64,000 nucleotides of DNA, taken from the NCBI RefSeq assembly GCF_009914755.1, contig NC_060931.1; one strand, given 5' to 3'. The translations under genes were made by a program, and so were the position numbers. This DNA comes from the human T2T-CHM13v2.0 reference genome, Homo sapiens. Positions 37,723-50,099 of this stretch are shown piece by piece (the stretch's first letter is position 1; each line of letters starts with the position of its first letter). The notes beneath the pieces are model-generated. The model did no database searches and had not been told where the DNA came from. It saw only the letters and a list, made by a program, of their open reading frames with translations.

Positions 37723-40515
37723 CCTTGACAATAAAAACCCTCAACAAATTAGACATCAAAGGAACACACCTCAAAATAATAAAAGCCATTTATGACAATC
37801 CCAAAGCTAACATCACACTGAATAGGCAAAATCTCAAGCATTCCCCTTGAGAACTGGAAAAAGTTCAACATAGTAGTGAAAGTTTTAACAAGAGAAGTAG
37901 AGCAAGAGAAAAAAGTAAAAGGCACCCAAATAGAAAAAGAATAAGTCAAATTATTTCTCTCCACTGATGATATAATTCAATAACTAAAAATCCCTAAAGA
38001 GACTGCTTCAAGGCCCTTGGAACAGATAAAGCACTTTGGGAAAGTTTCAGGGTACAAAAATCAATGTACAAATATCAGTAGCATTTTTATATGCCAATAA
38101 TGTTCAAGCTGAGACTCACATCAAGAATGCTATCCCATTTACAACAGACATACAAAAAGTAAATACCTAAGAATACATCTAACCGAGGTGGCAAATGATC
38201 TTTATAAGGAAAACTATAAAACACTACTGAAAGATATCATAGAGGACACAAATAAATAGAAGAAACTTTCCATGCTCATGGATTGGAAGAATCAGTATCA
38301 TTAAAATGGCCATATTGTCCAGAGGCATCTACAGACTCAATGCTATTCCTGGCAAACTACAAATGTCATTTTTTACAGAAATAGAAAAAAAAACTATTCT
38401 AAAATTTTATGGAATATAAACATAGCCTAAATATCCAAAACAATTCTAAGCAAAAAGAATAAAGCTGGAGGCATCACGTTATCTAACTTCAAAGTGTACT
38501 ATAAGGCTACAGCAATCAAAACAGAATGGTACTGGTACAAAAACAGACACATAGACCAATGAAACCGAATAGAGAATCCAAAAACAAGACATTATTCCCA
38601 AAGCCATCTGACCTTTGACAAATTTGACAAAAATAAGCAATGCAGAAAGAACTCCCTATTCAATAAATGGTACTGAGAAAGCTGGCTAACCATATTTTAA
38701 AAAAATGAAACTGGACCCGAACTTTCCATTACATACAAAATTAACTCAAGACGGATTAAAGAGTTAAATGTAAAAATTCAAACTATAAGAATCCTAGACA
38801 AAAACCCAGGAAACACCATTCTGGACATCAGCCCTAAGAAAGAATTTATGATTAAGTCTTTAAAAGCAATTGCAATGAAAAGAAAAAGTGACAAGTAGAA
38901 ACTAATTAAACTAAAGAGCTTCTGCATGGTGAAAGAAACGATCAACAGAGTAAACATATAACCTACAAATAGGGAGAAAATATTCACAAACTACATATCT
39001 GACAAAGGTCTAATATTCAGACTCTATAAAGAACTTAAGCAACTGAATAAGGAAAAATCAAATAACATTAAAAAGTTGGCAAAAGATATGAACGGACACT
39101 TCTGAAGACATGTAAGCAACTAACAGACATGAAAAAATGCTCAACATCACCATTCATCAGAGAAATGAAAATCAAATTCACAATGAAATACCATCTCACT
39201 CAGTCAGAAGGGATATTATTAAAGCATCAAAAAACACAAACAGTGGTGAGGCTACAGGTGAAAGGGAACATTGTATTCCCACACTGTTTGTAGGAATAGA
39301 AATTAATTTGGCTATTGTGAAAAGCAGTTGATGATTTCTCAAAGAACTTAAAAAAGAACCACCATTCTACCCAGCAATCCCATTATTGGATTTATATCCC
39401 AAAGAAAACAAATCATTCTACCAAAAGACGTATGCATTCACATATTCATTGCAGCACTATTCACAATAGCAAAAGCATGGAATCAACTTAGATGCCCATC
39501 ACCAGTGGACTGGGTAAAGAAAATATGGTACATGTACACCATGGGGTGTTATATAGCCATAAAGAATGAAATTATGTCCTTTGCAGCAATGTGGATGCAG
39601 CTGGAGGCCACTGTCCAAAGTGAATTAATGCAGGAATAGAAAACCAAATACTGCATGTTATCTCTTAAAAGCGGGGGGTAAACACTGGGTACTCAGGGAT
39701 ATAAAGACAACAACAATAGAAACTAGGGACTATTAAAGAGTTGAGGTAGGGAGGGAGGGAGGTAAGTCTTGAAAACCGTTTGGGTACTATGCTTAGCACC
39801 TGGGTGACAGGATACTTTCTACCCCAAACCTCAGCATCATACAATATACCCATTTAAGCAACCTGCATGTGTACCCTGTGAATCTAAAATAAAAGTTGAT
39901 AAATAAATAAATAAATGAATAAAGAATAAACAATAGGCAAAACTGTCAAATGGAAAAGCTAATTAAGACTTACATAGTAAGTTTTGATTCTTTAAATTCC
40001 TATTTTACTTACATTAGGTCATATTAACTATTTTAACTGGAATCCGTAAGTAATATTTTGTCATGCCAATTTGTAAAAATTCCAAAGATTTAAATCAATT
40101 TTAATTTATTAGTCATTGTATCAGTGATTCTATGCCCACTATGAGATATTTTAGGACATTGGGTACTATCATCTTGGGAAATTTAGGCACGGCTACAATT
40201 AAAGTGAGGTATACCGACATTTCCTCCATTATTTACTTAGTTATTTTCCTAAGATTTTAGAAGTTAACATGTTTATATTCAGTGGGACCCCAGATATAAC
40301 TGTAATTTGAGCTCCAGAATTAAGTCCACAAATCTTTGCCAATTGGTGTATTATAGTAAAAGTTAATTAAGAACTGATGTTACAGAAAAATAAAAGCCAA
40401 TCAGCACCCTTTTAAATATGTTTCTTATATAAATTTTTTTTCTAAACTTTGTATTTCCAAATGGGCCAAATTGTAGAACTTTGTTTCACTTTGATAATAA
40501 ATCGCTCTGTCTCTC

Positions 40516-40518
<3 letters not shown>

Positions 40519-40553
<35 letters not shown>

Positions 40554-40560
40554 ACACACA
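40519..40560. repeat. (CA)n microsatellite
   Basis: Direct observation. Confidence 0.95.
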
Positions 40561-40669
40561 TCACATATCCCTTTCCTCCTTGTATTTAGGTTTCCTTCTT
40601 TCTTTGGTGTTATTGTTGTTGATTTGTTGAACTGGATATATTTTGATGTCATCTCTTTGCAGTAGTCGT

Positions 40670-40935
40670 AACACATATATTATACATAATATAAATTATA
40701 TTTCATGTATATAAATTATATATAATTTATATATTACATATATTATGTTATATACTATTATATATAAATATAAATATTATATAAAATTATATACTATTAT
40801 ATATAAATATAAAATATTATATAAAATTATATACTATCATATATTTATATATAATAAATATAAAATATATAAAATTATATATAATATATAATTTATATAT
40901 AAAATATGTGTATATATTATATATATATATAATTT
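40670..40935. repeat. Interrupted (TA)n / AT-only tract with ~40 bp sub-repeat and palindromes
   Basis: Almost purely A/T; ttatatactattatatataaatataaa repeated; 26-bp perfect palindrome at 40708-40733. Confidence 0.95.
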
Positions 40936-41229
40936 TTTTTTCTCTAGAGAATTTCCAGTTAGTATTGTCAGGGTTAGGAATCTCCTCCACAGTAAGGGTT
41001 GTATGTTTTAAAGACCCTGGGCCTGGCTTACGTTTTGATTGAACTAATCCTTTTGTTGTGGCAAAAGGTACAGGAGTGTTTTCCCTTGCAACCCTGATAA
41101 TTAGGCTACTATTTCAACACAGCCATAAGTAGGATAGTTGTATAACAGAAAAGCACTAGGTCTCAGAGCCCAGAGATGGTTGGATTGAAACCACCCTGTA
41201 ATGTACTCTGAATTTTCTCTTTGATATGG

Positions 41230-41669
41230 TATATTAGTCAGGGTTCCCTAGGGGGACTGAACTAAAAGGATAGATACATATACACAAAGGGGAGTTTATT
41301 AAGTATTAGCTTACATGATCACAAGGTCCCACAGTAGGCTGTCTTCAAGCTTGAGGAGCACGGAGAGCCATTCTGAGTCTCAAAAGTGAAGAACTTGGAG
41401 TCTAATGTTTGAGGGCAGGAAGCATCTAGCACAGGAGAAACACGTAGGCTGGTAGTCTAGGCCAGTCTTAACTTTTCACTTTTTTCTGCCTGTTTATATT
41501 TGCTGCCAGCTGATTAGATTGTGCACACCAGATTAAAGGTGGGTCTGCCTTCCCCAGCCCACTGACTCAAATGTTAATCTCCTTTGGCAACACCCTCACA
41601 GACACACCCAGGATCCATACTTTTCATCCTTCAATTCAATCAAGTTGAGGCTCAGTATTAACCATCACG
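41230..41669 (-). mobile_element. MLT2A1 (HERV-L) solo LTR
   Basis: 440 bp; tattagtcagggtt...cccactgactcaaatgttaatctcctttggcaacaccctcacagacacaccc...attaaccatcac. Perfect TSD TATGG. Confidence 0.93.
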
Positions 41670-41859
41670 TATGGCTCTGCTTTTCTTTTCACACTGTCCA
41701 CTCTATTCCTAATCCCTTCCCCACTTATTTCCCTTGTTTTGGGTTTCTAGCTGTGTGAAGCTATCATTCTGTTTTTGTCATCTTTCGGTGATTTATAATG
41801 TGGGCCTTTGGGTGTTTACAGAAGAGGACAGGAGTCTTGGTGACTTGCCTTTTGGGGGC

Positions 41860-42282
41860 TGATATGGCCTGGATACTTGTCCCCTTCAAATCTCATGTTG
41901 AAATGTAATTCCCAGCATTGGAGGTGGGACCTGGTGGGAGGTGAATGGATCATGGGTTCATCCCTCATGAATGGTTTAACACCATCCTCTTGGTGATAAG
42001 TTAGTTCTCACTCAGCGAGATCATGTGAAAACTACTTGTTTAAAAGTGTGTGGGACCTCCCACTCTCTCTCTTGCTCCTGCTCTCGCCATGTGACATTCC
42101 TGGTCCTGCTTTGCCTTCCACCATGAGTGAAAGCTCCCTGAAGCCTTAGCAGTAGCTGAGCAGATACTGATGCCGTGCTTCCTGTGCAGCCTGCAGAACT
42201 GTTAGCCAATTTAACCTATTTTCTTAATAAATTATCCAGCGTTGGATATTTCTTTATAGCAATGCAAGAATGGCTTAATACA
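41860..42282 (+). mobile_element. MSTB-like MaLR solo LTR
   Basis: tgatatgg...caaatctcatgttgaaatgtaattccc...tttctttatagcaatgcaagaatggcttaataca. Confidence 0.92.
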
Positions 42283-42899
42283 GTGGTCATCTCTTTTTTC
42301 AAAATTTCTCAGTAAGTCCCTCTTGGAGCCATCTGGGTTTGTATTTCAGAGAGCTCTAGCAGCCTATCCTTGGGACAGGTAACTCCCTGGTCCAAATTTA
42401 GTCCCTTCTCATGTTGATATGAAGCAGAATTTAATAAGACCCAAGTACACTAGCTGAGTGTTTGACACTTAGTAATTGAGTCACTTTGGCTGGTGTTTTG
42501 CAGGCCCCAGGAATAAAGTATGTATTCCCTTACCCCTTTGAATTAAACACTAGCCTCCACGGTTGAATCTACAATATCCCTGGGGGTTTGGGAAATGTGA
42601 AGTTTTCTGGTGTCAGCAGCAGTGTATGAAGCAACAAAGAAGGCCAGCAAGTCAGCTACCCCCACTTGAGCAACACTGACCTCAAGATCATGATGCCATT
42701 TAAATTATTAATTGTATTATTATGATTATTCTAATATATTATAACATACACTATGTATAACAGTAAAACATAATGTAACAATTATTAGTAGCACTATATT
42801 ATAATATACGATTGTAATATTTTATTGATAATTAATTATGATTACAGTTATGATTATGCATCCCTGTAACTATATTAAACACCATTATATTCTACAATT

Positions 42900-43410
42900 T
42901 TAAAAAATCAAAGTGGCTATATTAATACCAAATGAAATAGATTTAAGGATAAGGAACTCTACCAGAGACTAAGAGAGATATTACATAATTATAAAAGTGA
43001 CAATCCATAAAGAAATCATAGTAATCCTGTGTGTACATAACATATAACAAAGCTGAAAATTATGTGAAGCAAAAACTGATAGAAATGAGAGGAGAAACAG
43101 ACAAATCCACAAAGATAGCTGGAGAAGTCAATACCCTCCTCTCAACAATTGACAGAACAACAAAAAAGAAGATCAACAATGATACAGAAGAATTCAACAA
43201 TGTCATTATCTGACAGTATCAAATAGACCTTAATGGGAAATTCACCCATCAACATCAGAATACCCATTCTTTTCATGCATCCACAGAATATATAATGATA
43301 TAGACCATAGCCTGGGACATAAGACAAATCTCAACAATTTAAAGAACTAAAATCATACAAAGTTTCTTTTCTGACCACAATAGAATCAAACAAGAAAGGA
43401 ATAACAATTT
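42900..43410 (+). mobile_element. Old L1M ORF2 endonuclease fragment
   Basis: YVKQKLIEMRGETDKSTKIAGEVNTLLSTIDR (cf. IIVGDFNTPLS), atagaccat...ctgggacat, ctgaccacaa. Confidence 0.85.
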
Positions 43411-43569
43411 ATTTCATTGATATGAAAATATTCACAAAGTAGCTAACAACCATGTAAATAAATGGAAATATTTTCTGATATTTTTGCTACCCAAATCCAT
43501 CACTATTTTTAGGTGTTTGTGTTCATCTTCAAAATGAATAGGATGTTCCTCTAGATAAGACAAATATAT

Positions 43570-43775
43570 AGTAAAAATCACAGACTTGTATCCAAATTTC
43601 ATATAGAGCTCTTAGAGGCTGTGTTATATTGAATAAGTTATTCATTATTTTTCACAGATAGTACAAAAATGAAGATATCTACATTCCAAAGTTGTGCAAA
43701 ATTAATGAAATAATCTCTGTAAATGCAAAGTATAATACTTTGATCCTACCAAGTAATATAATAAACATTGTTTCT
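43570..43775 (+). mobile_element. MIR
   Basis: gctgtgttatattgaataagttatt...aaagttgtgcaaaattaatgaaataat...tgtaaatgc. Confidence 0.55.
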
Positions 43776-44664
43776 TCCTCATTTTACAAGCTATGGCTTC
43801 TTAGAGATTGCAGACACAATACTGAGAAATGATGTTTTCAGCTAAAATACAATCTTGGAAAAATATTTTCTAGATTCTATTATTGCTTTTATTATTATAT
43901 TACCAGATATATGATGTGCAATATAAGAACTGTGGAAATATGTCCAAAGTTATGAAACTACTTAGTTTTACAATAAGAAAATGAATAAATAAGGGTTTTT
44001 AGGCATTATTTTTATTTAAAGTATGTTAACATTGTGTACAACAGAATTTTAAAGGTGTAGAAACTACTATTTGATTATCTCTCATCAGTTTAATTCTAAA
44101 CATCCTTTCTTTCATTCATCTGTTTAGAGAGAATAAAGGGAAAAACAGTAAGCCAAATGAGACATACATTGTTAATGGAATTATTTCTTTTCAAGATTGT
44201 ATACATGTAATTCTGAAATAAAGTTCAACAAGCACTACACAAAGTAAAAATAAAATCGTGAATATGATTTTGGGAAATGTGCTTTTGAAATTTAGGAAGA
44301 GAAAGAACAAGCTTATGTCTGTATGGTTAAGGTTCAAAAAAAGCTCTATAATGTAAGTTCTATTTCTGATAGTTTTATACTAATGAATAGGATTTTAGAA
44401 GACAAAGATGGAGAGAGTATTCTAGATGATGTCAATATTATAAAGAAAGCCAAATTCAGAGTGTGAGCATGTCCTGGCATAATAAGTATGCCAGTTTGAC
44501 AGAACAGAGGTTATTGGCATTGGAATAGTGAATGACATTCTGAAGAGAATCTGGTATTATTCAAATTTATTGGATTATTGTGTACAAATACATCCTTCTT
44601 CTATTTTTAAAAATCTGCTTAGAGTGGGCTAGTATTGTGTTTAATAATATAAACTTGAAAATAT

Positions 44665-46925
44665 GAAAGATGCTTGTCTAGATGCAGTTAGTATGTGCCT
44701 CTTCCACAGAGAGGAACCAGAATGGTAAGTATATATTCACATTTCAGATAGTTTAGGAGAAAATGCCTGGATTCACTAGAGAAGAAACAGGAAGCACCAG
44801 GGAGTAAGTAGAGGATCCAAGGCAGGTTGCCTGGCTGCCATGAGAGGCTCCTGCACATGGGAAAACAGTAAGAGAGAAACCCTCTAGGCTCAGATTTTAT
44901 AATCACGGCTATGAGAGAAAATTTTGATCCACTGAGGACTTCAGCCTGATATACAGAGCTGCCTAAAGATTGCAGAGAGACTTTACTCCAGAAGAGGCAC
45001 CCAAAATAGAATCTTACAGGCATCTGAGCCTAGTTTAGCCTCAGCTGGCTGCCATTTTGAGAGTATAGATACAGGGGATCTACAAACATTGGCTGCTGCC
45101 ACTGTACTGCGGAGGGAGAGGGGGAAACCAGGTGCTCCCATGCACTGCAGGAAGGTCCCTACCACCCTACTGTGGACTGATATTAAGATTGAGATGTGAG
45201 TGAAGTGCACTCCCCAGAGTTTCTTGCCTATGCTACTTGCCTTGAAGTGACCCTGTCCTCTCTGGTTTGAGGCCATTTTGAGAATTTAAAGCGGCATTGC
45301 ACTCCACGGCCTCCTGGCCAAGTTAAGGCTGATGTAGCTGTAGCTGCCACCTGGACAAGGAGTGGCAGGGAACCAGGCTATCGTAACCAAGCAGAAATTC
45401 TGGAGCTAAAAAATTCACTGAAGGAAATACAAGGCACATTCAAATGCTTCAATAATTGACTATACCAAACACTTACACACACACACACCCTCCCCCTACC
45501 CCCGCAAAAAAAAAAAAAAAAAGAGAAAAAAATGTAAAACTTGAACAGGTATTTTGAAATAATACAGTCAGACAAAAATAAGAAGAAAAAAAAGAATGTA
45601 AAAGAATAAACAAGGCCTTCAAGATGTCTCGGACTACATAAAGCAACTGACCTTATGATTATTGGTATTCCCAAGGAGGAAGAGAGATTGAGAGGTTTAG
45701 AAAACATGTTAAAGGGAATAATCAATGAAAACTTCCTACATCTAGCAAAAGAGCCAGACATTCAGACACAGGAGGCCCAGAAATCCCTGGGAAAAGACGT
45801 TGCAAAAAGAACTTCACTAAGGCATATTATGTTCACAATGCCTAAAGTCAAAGTGAAAGAAATAATTTTAAAATTAGCAAGAGAAAAGCATCTAAATACC
45901 TACAAAGGAAACACCATCAGGCTAACAGATTTTTCAGCAGAAACATTACAGGTCAGAAGAGACATTTTTAAAGTGCTGAAAGCAAGCAAGCAAGCAAGCA
46001 AGCAAACAAACAAAAAACCTGTCAGCCAAAAGTTTTATATCCGGCCAAAGAAGCTTAATAAATGAAGGAGAAAAAAAGTTTTTTCCTAAAGAAGCTAATA
46101 ATAAGGGAATCTATCACCACAAGTCCAGTCCTACAGGAAGTTCTGGAAAGGGTCTTAAACATGGAAATTAAAGGTAGACATTCACCATCGTAAAAACACA
46201 CGGTAATATAAAACTCACAGCTTTTATTAAACCAATTACACAAAGGCAAAAGAGAAAGGAATCAAATTGACAACACAACAGAATCTCATGAAATCACAAA
46301 GACAAAAAGACAGACAAAAAGAATAAAACAATGAATTTATTTTAAAAACTTGAAAACAACAATATGACAGGAACAAAACCTTACATATCAATATTAACTT
46401 TAAATATAAACAGATTAAATGTTCTACTTAAAAGATACAGATGGGTAGAATGGATACAGCCGTGATCAAACTATCCGCTGCCTACAAGAAACTCACCTTA
46501 CCCATGAAGACACATATAGACTTTTTTAAATACCAGATAAAACAGTAAATAAGCCAACTGACCTTCAACAAAACATACAAAAACATAAATTGGGGAAAGG
46601 ATACCCTATTCAATAAATGGTGCTGGCAAAACTGACAAGCCACATGTAGAAGAATGAAACTGGATGCTCATCTCTCACCTTATACAAAAATCAATGCAAG
46701 ATAGATCAAAGACTTAAATCTAAGACCTGAAATCATAAAATGTCTAGACAATAATATCAGAAAAACTCTTCTAGATATTGGCTTAGGTAAGTAATTCATG
46801 ACTAAGACCCCCAAAGCAAATGCAACAAAAACAAAAATAATAAATGGGACCTAATTAAACTAAAAAGCTTCTGCACAGCAAAAGAAATAATCAATAAACA
46901 GACAACCCACACAGTAGGAAAAAAA
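44665..46925 (+). mobile_element. Internally deleted L1 (L1PB/L1MA-era): 5'UTR, ORF1 part, ORF2 start fused to a late ORF2 piece; no 3'UTR
   Basis: ORF1 peptide IIGIPKEEER..IINENFLHL..IQTQEAQK. ORF2 start atgacagga...CCLQETHL-like sequence, then a jump at ~46520 to the KDTLFNKWCW / [14 protein letters not shown] region. Confidence 0.88.
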
Positions 46926-47656
46926 TATAATAATAGTAGGGGACTGTAAATTATGTTGTATTTGACATGTCTTTCAAATACCCTAAACAAAGAATGGAAA
47001 TGCTTTGTATTTCTTTTTGACCAAACAGTGATTCTAGAATGTACGCCACTCTATGGTAAGTCATTTTAATCTGTTTGTCTAGACATGTGAAACCAAAATG
47101 TTTAATAAGAAAATAAACTTGGAGTGCAAAGAGCTTGGCATTAATAAACTGGGAAGCATTGGTAAGATACATTTTGATGAGGAGATGTGTTAGGGATAAG
47201 ATGTCAAGTATAGGGCAATTCCAGAAAGTCCTCCATGTGGTCTCTAGGAAATTTGGAATTGTCACACAGAGACAGAAGAACAAACAGCCAGTGTTACAAC
47301 CGATACAAGTCAAATGCAACTCATCTGGCAAACTTGCCTATAACAATGCTTATCTATAAACAGTTTTAGTGTCATGTCAAATAATGTGTTTAAAATTTAA
47401 ATTTTAACTAAAGTTTATTAAACAAATATTAACTGGTTCTTTGGTTTTCACACTGTTTTAAATGGAAAGCATAATAATTTCCTTAGGAAATTTCTGGGAG
47501 TCGTTCTGGAAAAGAAAACTGTGGAAGAATATTTGTTCATTTTAATATTCATCACTTAAGAGTAGGTTTCTGAGAGTAGATTGTCAGAAACAATAGAGTA
47601 GGGTTTCCAAAAACCTAGAAATATTTAGAAAAACAGTTATGTAAAATACATGAATA

Positions 47657-47810
47657 GCCAGGTGCAGTGGCACACACCTGTAATGCCAGTACTTTGGGAG
47701 GATGTGGCAGGAGAATTGCATGAGGCCAGGAGTTCAAGATCAGCCTGGCCAACATAGCAAGACCTTATATTTATAAAACGTAAAATAAAAATAAATATAT
47801 GAAAAATAAA
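47657..47810 (+). mobile_element. Alu monomer (FLAM-like)
   Basis: Left-arm sequence with A-rich tail. TSD TAAAATA(C/T)ATGAATAG at 47642-47657 and 47811-47826. Confidence 0.9.
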
Positions 47811-50099
47811 TAAAATATATGAATAGACAAATATTTATGAACACATACCCATTCCTACATATATCTTATATCAGTAATATGTTAATATATTTATAATATA
47901 TATAAAATAAGTAAAGAATACAAATTACTTTTAGTTGAAGAAAAATGATGTCATATGTATAACAAATGTGTGCACACACACATATTCATGCACTTAAAAA
48001 TTAACATTCTAACCAATTTCTGAAAACCTGTAAACATTTTGAATGCAGATTAATTTCAGGATTATTAGCTAGAGTTTTCATGATCAAGTCTTCGTTTAGG
48101 AATTGTCTATGGAATAAGAAATATATAATGGAGCTTAGTTTCTCCAACACACTAAGAATCTTTTCAATTAAGCTATTTGTTTGTAAAATCAAAATGGAAT
48201 GACATTCATTTCCTGTAGTGAAGGTTTAGTTCCCCTAAAAGCTGCCAATCACTTTTCTCACATTCAAGTGTGGTTGGTCTAATTTTTTCTTTACCAATGC
48301 ATTCAAATTATTAAGATCTGGCTAGACTTTTGGTTGGCAACAAGAATGACTGAGAATCAAGATTAAAAAATTATGTATATCTATACTTAAATAATTTCTT
48401 CTTACTGTTTCTTCTGGTTATTCTTCTATTCACTGTTCTTCAGGAAATTGTAAAATGAAATATCTTGAGTCGCAACAAAATGTGTTTCAGTGTGCCATCT
48501 TTACAAACAGATTTTCCCAAATTTATACTGATTGCATTGAATAGATTGCTTCAAAATTAAATCAAATTTGTAAAATCTAGGAAAACTAAAATTACTAAAA
48601 AGCTTTAGAAAAACTAATAAATGAAACATTCTCTTAAAAGTTTGACATAGGTTAGGAGACAGACATGTTTTGAGGACTTTTGGAGAAGTATCTAAATACT
48701 ACTTCTAAGACTAAGTTGTACATATAGAAAGAAATGTTCGTAATGCTCATTCTCATTATCCTTCAGATAAAGAACGACTAATGGGAATGTTACTCATTTT
48801 CTGTATATTTCTATTGGCATATTCTATCTTTGCCCTTATTGTACTCTCATTCTCTAGTCCTGTTTAACTAACAGTTTCATCTTTGATTGCTTTTTCAGTA
48901 TTTTCCTCAAGAAATATTTTTTATTAAATCATCAGAAAACCATTTAAATGTGCAAGAATAGTGCAGTAAATAAGTAACATAAACCCTAGAATACTACAAG
49001 ACTGTGCTGAATGTTAGACAAAAGATAAACAAGTAGCATTTGTCAGAGGCCAAGTGCACAAGAATAAAAAGGACAGTTTTTAAAGAGGTCAGTAATTTTC
49101 TTTTTGTTTAGAGAACCTATTCATCTCAAATATAGGTTATTGCCCTTTGGGTGGACCCTTGACCAAGATGGGTTAACTTCATTTTCTCTCCTAGAAATTT
49201 AAAATGAATGGGCGCAACCCATGTATTTGGGACTCTAGATCACCATTTGGGGGTGATCATTATGTGTGTGTCATTTATCATGTGCAAAATGATTAATAAA
49301 ACATATTTAAAAGAGAAGCAGAGACGAAAGCCATTGAAAAACTAGAAAGAAAAAAAAATGCTTTGGTTTCTGCATTCTGTTTGTCTTAGTCCATTTGGGC
49401 TGCTATACCAAAGTGCCATAAACTGGGCTTGGGAGGTAAAAGTTTAAAAACACAGGCTGTATTGAACTCACAATTCTTGTTAATAGAAAAAGAGGAATTT
49501 GGAGCTCCAGGGAAAAATCCAATGAAAAAGGGTTGTCAAAGAGGAACAAATAGGTAAAGGTTAAAGACTGCAGAAAAATTAAAAGAGCCAAGAAAGATAT
49601 TGTCGATGGAGGTGCAGTTTAAAGAAATTTTCAATAAAAGAAATTTCAAAAAGAAATTGTAAATTTGTTTTGTAGTGCAATATAATATCCCCTCTCTCCC
49701 CTAGCACTTCATCACTATCTATTAAGCTAATTATCTTTTGTGTGTGTGTGAGAGAGATTATGTATTTGTTTGTGTGTGTGTCTGAGGGAAGGCAATGAAA
49801 AAGAGGTGAGATTTCAGGTTCATATTAATATGGTAACTTCCTTAAAGGAATCAGAGTCAGTTGGAGCCCTGAGAGTGTTATTGTTTCCTTCCCCCACCTC
49901 TCCATCCAAGAAATTCTTGGAAACTTTGGGGGAACAGTTTAGACATCTTCAGATCCTACAAGTGAGGAGTTTGATGTAACTTTTCCTGAATTTGAAAAAG
50001 TAGAGTTTTTGAGTTTATATCTGGGTTGCATTAATATTAAGCCTCCTTTTAACTGAATGTTTTTTGACTGAGCTCTGTTCTTTTAAACCAGACAAGTCC

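Larger units (their letters stand above)
30690..39930 (+). mobile_element. Near-full-length L1PA16-like element (5'UTR repeat array, ORF1, ORF2, 3'UTR) inserted in the ERV RT gene
   Basis: Decayed ORF1/ORF2 throughout. 3'UTR ...cctcagcatcatacaatataccc...aatctaaaataaaagttga. TSD AATAGGCAAAACTG at 30676-30689 and 39932-39945, at a TT/AAGA endonuclease site. Confidence 0.93.
39946..42700 (-). pseudogene. Continuation of the ERV-L-class provirus: RT N-terminus, protease, probable gag (interrupted); no 5' LTR seen
   Basis: The FPFDS segment rejoins LPILKP across the L1 TSD (cf. SPFNSPIWPV). Protease LINSGAQITVISG at about 40280-40330 (cf. LLDTGSELTLIPG). Gag assignment is positional only. Confidence 0.7.

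Noticed and set aside
48781-48867. Hydrophobic micro-ORF MGMLLIFCIFLLAYSIFALIVLSF
   Set aside because: Explained by T-rich composition; no promoter or splice support
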